Positions 55,119 through 64,000 of a stretch of DNA of 64,000 bases are shown piece by piece. Below the pieces are notes generated by a model. The model did no database searches, was not told the origin of the DNA, and was given only the letters and a program-made list of their open reading frames with translations. The translations under genes were made by a program, and so were the position numbers. The stretch lies in contig OX597816.1 in assembly GCA_951406725.2 (NCBI GenBank), positions 85,436,001 to 85,500,000 of the forward strand, in the 5' to 3' direction. Position 1 is the stretch's first letter. The number at the start of each line of letters is the position of its first letter. The stretch comes from Octopus vulgaris. Lineage: Eukaryota.

Positions 55119-55822
55119 AGGATTCCGGAAATATTACTCACGTATAAGTTAGTCTCAATTATAAAGAGATTTTTGAAAGTGTTACAATGAAGTAACAAAC
55201 AATTTTACAGATACAAAGAACAAGGGAATTATAAAACTAAAATCTCATCCTTTTCAGAATTCGAGTGACTCAAGACACCGCCATCTCCCCAACATATGTA
55301 ACCCTGGTTTTAACAGTTGTAACCAACATGACAATATCAGCTGCGTCAAGGATACGAATGTAATGGAAATCAAATATCGTTTGTAATTGGTTAAATTGAA
55401 CTTGAAGGTGAAGATTAAAAATAACTGGAAGTAAAGCTATATGCACTATGCGGATTCAGTAGAGGAATAATATTAAATATCTAAAAATGCGTTAAGACAG
55501 TTAACCGAGAGAAAATGAATAAATAAATTATTTCTGTCATGAGATATATAGAAACAGAACATAAGTAGACCAAAGACATATATCCGAGAATTTAAGCATA
55601 AATGAGAGATAAAGTGCACTGCAGACGGTTGGAGGAAAGTTTAGGAAGGAATATTATAGACGCATTATACTAATACTCAAAGTGCAAAAAGATTTGGTAC
55701 TAGGCATCACTATTGATGTCATCACTGAGCACTTCACACAGAAACACATACACATGTATATATCTGTATATATCTGTATACTCACACACACATATACATA
55801 TGTATATATATATATATATATA

Positions 55823-56388
55823 TTTATTGAAATGGATAATTGAATTATCTTGTTACGGATTATTCAAATTATAACCGATACCTGGGTAGCAAAAATCACA
55901 ACAGAAAAATCACGGTTGAGGTTACGACCATGGAGTCTCAAAACCGTGCCTTAGTGCGGAAATTTGAAGTTTTATATATTTAGTGAGGGAAGAAATGGAG
56001 CTGAACGAAGATTTTACAAAATTCCTTTTTATTATTTTCTACATATGTTTCAAAGGCTGCAAAGTCCCTAATTCGGATTGAATAAGGAGACCATTTTGCA
56101 GGTTTCTCTTCAGGAAAATCCAGGAACTTAAATCTCCAACAAAATGCGCAGCAAGCTTTTCGACAAGCGCTCTCTAGGAGCCCATGGTATGAATGGCACA
56201 AAACTGTCTCTCAAAATGCGTTGACGTCGGGCTGGGTAAAAGCCGACTTTTTCGTTGGCTTTCACCCAGCTGCAAAATGGTCTCCTTATTCAATCCGAAT
56301 TAGGGACTTTGCAGCCTTTGAAACATATGTAGAAAATAATAAAAAGGAATTTTGTAAAATCTTCGTTCAGCTCCATTTCTTCCATCAC

Positions 56389-56392
<4 letters not shown>
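55823..56392. mobile_element. Fold-back PLE-like cassette 2, homologous to cassette 1, between (TA)n tracts
   Basis: Arms at about 55973-56101 and 56270-56397 with one mismatch seen. It shares the GAATTATCTT..TAACCGATAC.TGGGTAGC..GTGCGGAAATTTG leader with 50551-50700. Confidence 0.85.
56034..56118 (-). ncRNA. Type I hammerhead ribozyme with extended stem II
   Basis: UUUUC-CUGAAGA-GAAACCUGCAAA...UUUGCAGCCUUU-GAAACAUAUGUA-GAAAA, with palindromic stem III ACAUAUGU. Confidence 0.8.
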
Positions 56393-56483
<91 letters not shown>

Positions 56484-57349
56484 AATATATATATATAAGT
56501 ATATCTGTGTGTGTATAATTTTTGCGTTTTGTATATGTGCATATAGTACGTACCTTGTCCAGTTTGTAATTTTTGTGGCAGTATATTTGAGGGAAATTTA
56601 GCAGCTGAGCCGAAAGGAAGTTGCTAGAAATATGGGCTACATTTCGCACCAATTTTCTTGCAGATCATACGAGAGTGATGAACTGTTTCTTTCACGACGG
56701 AATAAATGGGTGTTGAGATGAAATGGTAGAAATGAGCTTTTCCATAAATATTTACACATACTTTGATAAGAAGTATTTTAACAAGGATTGTCCAGTGAAA
56801 ATTATGAACATTATCAGGGAAAATGTATAAAATAATATCTGCATTTACAGCACACCACCCCAATTCCACTGAGAAAAAAAGTTTTGTACGTGACTTTTAA
56901 TGAGACGGAATTCTTCAAGAACTATACATTTTCAAAAAATATTTATGCTATAAATACAGTATCGAAAAGTGAACTAATACGAAATAGACTGAGAAAGGAA
57001 TAAGAATAACTAGAAATAAAGAACATAACAAAACTATTCTTCGATCATGAAAGAATCTCCCAAAATATAAAACTGAGTATGAGTTAGTAGCTGTCAGGAG
57101 AATTGACTAGAAAAATCTATGGGAAATTTAAGGAAAAGAGCGGGAAATGGGATTAAAGGATGTCGTGTTGCATACTAAGACGTTGACAGATATCATTCGA
57201 ACTTGGGTAACATGTGACAGCTAGAAAAGTGAAGAGATGTATAACAACAACAAGATCAGAAATGGCCAAGAAAGAAAGATACTTTTTTTTGCAGCAGAAG
57301 AGCTTACTACCAGAAACTATTGAAATCACACAAGTTAACAGAATACCAG

Positions 57350-57395
57350 CCCTAACTAACTACCTACCTACCTACATTCCTTCCTACCTACCTAC

Positions 57396-57479
<84 letters not shown>

Positions 57480-57545
57480 ATATATATATATATGTACATA
57501 TACCAATCTCTTTATCTCTATCTCTTCTCATTTTTTCTCTCTCTC
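57350..57545. repeat. (CCTA)n/(TCTA)n/(TA)n microsatellite
   Basis: Seen directly. Confidence 0.93.
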
Positions 57546-59722
57546 TCACTCACCTTCATGCTCACCCTTAGAAAGGTTTTACATTTAACTTTACATATAT
57601 TGAATGATTATTATATTTATCTTTGCATATATGCACATACGCACATACACACAAGCACGCCCGAGCACACACACACACACATGCACGCCTCCCCACACAC
57701 ACAGACAGACGTACACGCGCGCACATACACACACATTCACATACAAATTCATACACACAAACATACACGGAATTTTTTTTGTAAGTAGAACAGACATAAA
57801 TACGAACATTAAAATGCGGAAAATCTTAAATATAAAAGAAAGCATAATGTTTAATTCAGTCTAATGTTATTTGCGGCCATAACAGTTGAAAGGTATCTTT
57901 TCCGCAATTGTTCATACCAGCTGCATAAGAATTTTACTATTACCTGCGAAGGGCCTGACTTTTATGTCTGTTGGGGATGGGCGTTTACATTTTCTTACCT
58001 AGCAACATTTATATAGGGCTGCACATGAAATCAACTAAAGGGGTTAATTATCAGATAGCTGGTTAATTTTTGATGCACCGGAGTTCATTCACTTTATCTG
58101 CGTTATATATTATTGAACGACAAAAATAGAATAGTAAAAGATTTTGGAGACAAGGTATGTTTCTTGGTAACTGGTGTCTATTATGATTCAATTCATTCAA
58201 CAAACTTTTACTGATTGAAATGTATACATTAGATAATCTGACAAGCTGATAAATAATCAGAGGAAATCCGTAGTGCTTTCAATAAACTGTATCCATACAT
58301 CACTCGAATGAAAGTAAATAGCGGGGTAAATAGTACCAAAACAAGGTTTCTTATCCTTCCAAACAGTTCGTATAAAGATATAATATTTTTTGTTTGAATG
58401 ACTATATGAAAAGGAAGTTCAAGAAGAGCTCCCTATTTTGATAGATAAATACATCAAACATTCATTGCAAACATTAAAATGATTTTACTGAAGATAAACT
58501 TTGGAGAATAGAGAAACTGAAATACTTCAAATTTCCTAAAGTTTGAGTAACAGAGTACAACAGTGTAGAAATTAATCTGTTAGAAGCAATAAGATTTGGA
58601 TGTTAACGATTACAGCAAAAGCTTAAAACCACTATCATAACACGAAGTATGAAGTAGCAGTAATCAAATATTATAGAACGCAGCCCAATGAATGAAGAAG
58701 AAAAATGTTTTACTCTGATTAGAAGTTGAAAACATATGGTCTCAAATCACTTATAATATATCTGGTGTATTACATTATGCTTGTGATGCCTTATGAAATC
58801 GTGTTGTGTGTTTCTGGAAGATATCGGCTAAGATAACCGTTATCATGTTCGAACCAGCTAATAAAAGCTAGAAATTTTCGTTCCATTTGGTGTAATACAA
58901 GTAACGAACGTCACTGGAAAACATACCAGGATGTTGCTTACAAATACCTGATAATATCTTCCATTATAGATTATAGAATTTATCGGTAAGTTAGGGATAA
59001 CTGTGATTAAACCAGTTAGTTTTCAAACGTTGAGTTCACTTAGCACAATGTACGCACTGCAGGTCTTATACTTCACGGCTTGTATTCAACGAACCTCCTG
59101 CAGAATAGATTGCTACTTCCTTAGCACGTACTTCTGATGACAATTTCTCAAAGAAAGAAGATATATGTCTGCCACAACATTAGATCACAAAGAGATTTTA
59201 GCGCTACAGAAATTTGCACTTAGTTGTTCGTTATGTACCAGTGGTTATATCCTCTTGAACACTTGTATTTATTTGCTTTGCAATAATGAGTGAGATTTAA
59301 ATAATCGGTATGAATGCACAAATGTTTCAATCGTAGCGATTATTTTTAATCGCTGCAAATTGAAGTTGGATGAGTGAGCAAGTCTCTTACTATACTGATT
59401 TCTGCCTTTAACGTTATTCACGTCATTCATTTTATATAGGCATGATATGAGTAAGTATTCATAAAATGTATACAGATGTCCAGTCACTGGGTTAAAATTC
59501 ATTAAAACAGACATTTCATTAATTCATGGATAAGATTTCCTGTTGAGGTTATAATTTAAACAGCGACCACAGCGGCACAGTAAAACGTATCATAGTCTGA
59601 TCACAACATGATTACACCCGAATTCTGTACGGAGTTCTTTTACCTTCTGAGGTTATATGCAACGTACATATATGTATACATATAGAGATAGACAGAGACA
59701 AAGATATGTACAGGTATACTCA

Positions 59723-59759
<37 letters not shown>

Positions 59760-60654
59760 GTGTTTATATATATATATATAAACACGCGCGCGCACACACA
59801 CACACACATACACAATTCTGTCCATGTTTTCGCGCGTGTGCTTACGTAAATGTATATGTGTGCATTGTTGATTTTAAATTGCAACATCTATAATTACTTT
59901 TGCTATTCATCTTGAATGTATTGAAAATAATCTCACAGTGTACTATGTGAAAATACCATGGTTCTATTAAACTCAAAACTATTGTTATTCAATTAACTTT
60001 ATTTATTTTTCGTAATTGATCAATGTATTTCTCTCATACAAATCACAAGTTATAAATTTGTAAATTCTTATATCGTATCTAAATTGTAGAAACAAGTAAA
60101 TTCAAATTATTTTCCTAATTCAAATATATGAATCTTATTATAAACTTTTTAACTATACTTTGTTTCTTGCTATCGTTATCTTTTTAGTTATATTTTATAA
60201 TTTCGCGTTTACACTTCATATAAATAACGATTTATTTCAATGATGACAAGTTACAAACCTTCTCATGAAATTTAATAATATATCTAATAGTTGGAATTCT
60301 GATATAAATCAATAAGTAAGTGTTTGTAAAAGATCCGTATACAATTAAACTATGTACATTTGAAAATTTTAGAAACTATTATATCCAATTCTGTGTTTCC
60401 TATTATGGTTTTGATATTTATTTCACATCTCAGTTGGAATTGGAAAGACACATCCGCAATTGTCGTACAAAGTTCGAGACTGTTTGGTGGAAAGGAAGGC
60501 GGGATTTTATGATCGATAGTCTATTGTTGTTTCACTTATCGTTGAGAGGGAGAAACCCATTTTTATGAATGCACCTTTATGCATAAGAGGCTCATGAAGA
60601 TATAATATTTGAAGTATACAGGTACAGTCTATCGGGCTTTCCCATAGTTTCCTT

Positions 60655-60991
60655 GTATTCTTTTATTCTTTTACTTGTTTCTGTCATTTGACTGCGGCCA
60701 TACTGGAGCACCGCCTTTAGTCGAAAAGCCTAGTACACATCATATCGACTCTTTTTTGCCGAACCGTTAACTTACGGGGACGTAAACATACCGCAGACAC
60801 AGACACACACATACACACACATACACACACATACACAAACATACACACACACATACACACACATATACATATATATAAATACGACGGGCCACTCACCAGG
60901 ATTTGGTCGGCCCGAGGCTATAGTAGAAGACACTCGCCCAAGGAAACACGAAGTGGGACTGAACCCAACCATTTGCTTGGAAAGCAAGCTA
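60655..60991 (-). mobile_element. SINE family A, body and B box (head displaced to 62941-62976)
   Basis: Collinear with 45604-46021 up to AAGCAAGCTA. Confidence 0.9.
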
Positions 60992-62940
60992 ATTTATTTT
61001 ATTAAATTTGCCATAAAGGCCGTACACAGAGTAAAATAGCTTTGCGGGATGGACACGGACATTAATGAGATGAATGATAATGATACAAGGATGATAAGGA
61101 TGGAGAAGACAGAAAGCGCCAGCTGACCCTCTGGTTCTCTATAGCATTGATTTTTCACAGCCATACATTTGAGGTATTAAACCTCTTACAATTTTTCGAT
61201 ATTTACAATTCATTTGGACTAAAAAGTCCATTACATTTAAACACACACTTGAGGCAAAAAACCTCTTATACTAAGTCTTTCTTTCACCATCCCCGATTAA
61301 CCCTCTTGCAATCTGCAGGCAATCCCGCATCCGCAACTCTGTGCCCCACAAGAGAATTCTGTAATCCTCCTTAAAGGAGTCCGTTATATGGACTAATTCC
61401 ATTCTTTCCTGTACCAGAGCAGCCATCTGCGGAGGCCCCTCTGGACTGTCAATATAATCCGAGTCCATCAAAACCCGACTATCTAGAGAATTCGCCACAA
61501 AGTTCTCAATAGCCCCTCCCTTGCGATAGAAGAACACAAATTCATCTCTTTCACCGGGAGGGGCCTCAAATTGCTCGCTCGGTGGCACGCTCGGAGGCAC
61601 CATTTCCTCTAGCGAAGCCACGCGACATGCCGGCAGTGCATTACAAACCGACGGTACTGTCCGGTTTTTATTTGTCTTCTCCCTCCTCCAGCGGCAAACA
61701 TCCTACCGAATGTGTTACGGGACATACTACCAGTACACAGCAACCGTCGGCAATGCCCCGTTTTTCTTCTTCTTCCTTTTTACCTTTACGATGGGAGGGC
61801 GGAGTTCCTCCGACTTGTCCGGAGGTTTCTCCTTCCCTCTCGCCGCCTTAGGATCCGTCAGTGGGCAACCATTGCCCACCTCCTTTCATTTTATTCCTTT
61901 TGTATTCGAGGAGGTTATCTCCTCCTCGCCTTGCTCCCTATCTCCCTCCAATGGGAGATCAGGGGCTCCTCAACAATTATCTGTTCCAGGACATTTGCCT
62001 TGTTCCTACGACAGTTTTTCTTTATGTTCCCCGATTCTAGGCACAGGTGACACTTTGGGGGCGTCCCTCAAGGATCACCAGGTACCTGGAACCGGCCATC
62101 GTTAAGTAATCTTGTAACACCAGATCATCGGCTGATTGGGTCCATAGGGTCAAAAGCAACTTTGACCCCACCCAATCGGCCGCAGGCAGAACTTTTACAT
62201 GCAGAACTTTTACATGCAGAAGCTTGACGGTGCTGCCACACAGCCCCCGACGGATAGAATCCTCTATCCATTCGGGCTCCATATCGGGTGGAGGCCCACA
62301 CACCCAAGCTCTTTTCAGTTTTTGCCCACCGTATGTGGGGAGAAACAAAATTTTCTCCCCTTTTACAGGTTGGCTTGCGAATTTTTGCGCCTCCGCAGGT
62401 GTGTCGAAAAGCACACACACAGTTGTGTATTTCGCACGCCTGCGGATAAACATGAAAGTTGGCAGGAACCCTGCCTGCTCATTTTCAATATCATTGCGAG
62501 AGAAAACCGTAATGGTGTCGAGAGATCTACAATAGGTTCTCAACACCTCGTTGAAATCCTGCAACCACTTTACTACTTTCATCCAACTCTAGCCGACTCC
62601 GTAAATGCAAGGTAAATCCAATGGTAAATCTAATGGTAAATCCAGGGTACGAATAGAAGACAATTTTCACAATAATTTTTCCGGGGTTATATGCTTCACA
62701 AAAAGCACAATTCTCAAAACCCAGTGAGTCTTTTCACACGACAACAGGCAGACAAATGTTTGAAACCCAGTGGAGACCCTTGATCGACACAAATTATTAC
62801 ATACAAAAAATAGACCCCACTGAGCCCCCCCCCCCAAAAAAAAAATCGCCTTACTTGTAGTTGTGCTTCAATTTTTCAATATTTCAACATCGAACGACTT
62901 GACTCCCAAGCATGAAAAAACACGCACACTCCTGTGAAGT
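60992..62940 (-). mobile_element. ORF1-only (HAL1-like) Tx1/L1-derived element with TSD
   Basis: ORF 62037-62582 is homologous to ORF1 at 7320-7800, with a frameshifted knuckle PKCHLCLESGNIKKNC. The frame ends at 61271, followed by a ~280-bp UTR ending GGCCTTTATGGCAAATTTAATAAAATAAA. TSD AAGC(A/G)AGCTA. Confidence 0.8.
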
Positions 62941-62976
62941 AAGCGAGCTACTTACCACACAGCCACTCTTGCGCCT
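62941..62976 (-). mobile_element. Displaced 5' head (A box) of the SINE A copy at 60655
   Basis: AAGCGAGCTACTTACCACACAGCCACTCTTGCGCCT matches 45992-46021. Confidence 0.88.
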
Positions 62977-63399
62977 GTAGTCAAAGAATTTTATATAAAA
63001 ATATAATGTAATGCAATGGTTTCGAATATAGATGTTCTTGAGTGTTAGAACGTGGAGTACAGTGAGTCCAGTTTGACATTAGTGTTGGTGTTGCAAGTGT
63101 CTGTTTGTGTTTACCCGCAAAATGTATGGCTGTGTGACTTATGCTAAAAACCATTAGATATATTTCCCTAGTTAGAATACTGGAGGATAGATGAAAAGCA
63201 GAGATATTCAATTACGACAACTTACGTACTTAAATCCCGATATAGTTAATTGAAAGAAGTAACAGACAAATTATTCTACCAATATATTTGATAGTGAGCT
63301 CTTAGAAAATATGTCAGAAATCACAAAGTTTTAAACACCTATATATCTGAAAGATTTACGCGTTTCAATGGAAAAACCGAATATCATTCCAGTTCTATC

Positions 63400-63960
63400 T
63401 CATTTGATACAGCTTCTACTTCTTCAAGTGGTCGTAAACTAGATCCTTAGTTTCATGTTATGTGTATTTTCAGATAACGTTAATGCAGTTGATTAGTTTC
63501 CACTTCTTAGGATATGGATGTCTACCAAATATAACAGCAGATATTATTTTTGAACGATCTTAATGTTGAGCTTGGCCTTCATCAAAGATTTCCTAAATCT
63601 ACGGGCTAGTTTGTCATGAGCTGTAGCCTCTCCAAACATCATTCCTTGATATTTGTCGGTCTTGTTCTACGTGTTCAACCTGTTTGCTTTGTCACAAACT
63701 CTTTGTCTTCTATCTCAGTCTTTACATCTATATCTAGGACAGGTACCACTAGTTTTATTACATATAATGATAACTTCTTTCTAGCACACCTGTATACATG
63801 AATCCTATCTTTCTGATCATATCCAGAATATTGCATGCGGTGCATGAAGTTCTATATACGTTTTTTGTTTCATAGGTTCTGCATATTGGGGACACCTTGT
63901 TCACTATCCTAAGTCTGCTAATAGTATGTTGCTTTTCCTGATGTGTGACAAAGCTGAGCT
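63400..63960 (-). pseudogene. Very decayed R4/Dong-like RT remnant
   Basis: DKYQGM..LARRFRKSLMKAKLN resembles the YKYLG..RRVR.VL.SELN segment. Weak match. Confidence 0.35.
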
Positions 63961-64000
63961 CTTCTGAACAAGATATTTAGAAGCTATGGACTTTATATCA

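Noticed and set aside
55258-55386. Possible terminal exon after TTTTCAG (NSSDSRHRHLPNICNPG..)
   Set aside because: It is short, has no recognisable homology, and is expected by chance.
56553-56868. Minus-strand segment with good acceptor and donor signals
   Set aside because: All three frames contain stops. It could be a non-coding exon, but sequence alone does not support it.

Overview
This is AT-rich, microsatellite-dense eukaryotic intronic or intergenic DNA. The SINE families and repeat density suggest an octopus-like coleoid cephalopod, but that is an inference from memory and not verified. I found no intact host gene, rRNA, tRNA gene or CRISPR array, and most ORFs in the supplied track are microsatellite translations. 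The window is a nest of transposon relics: three mariner elements, about seven Tx1/L1-clade LINE pieces, about nine R4/Dong-like (RLE endonuclease) pieces mostly sitting in (TAA)n tracts, several Penelope-like element (PLE) relics mostly abutting (TA)n tracts, and two tRNA-derived SINE families. Four observations stand out. (1) There are nine hammerhead or hammerhead-like ribozyme motifs from about six sequence families, including two related fold-back cassettes (50.55-51.02 kb and 55.82-56.39 kb) with a long, covarying stem II. (2) A TSD-bounded ~1.95 kb ORF1-only (HAL1-like) element is inserted into the tRNA head of a SINE. (3) A Dong-like element lacks its RT core but has no nonsense codons and keeps its endonuclease motifs. 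(4) A Neptune-like PLE has a 5' junction that records template switching. All alignments and folds were done by eye, and boundaries of decayed relics are approximate.
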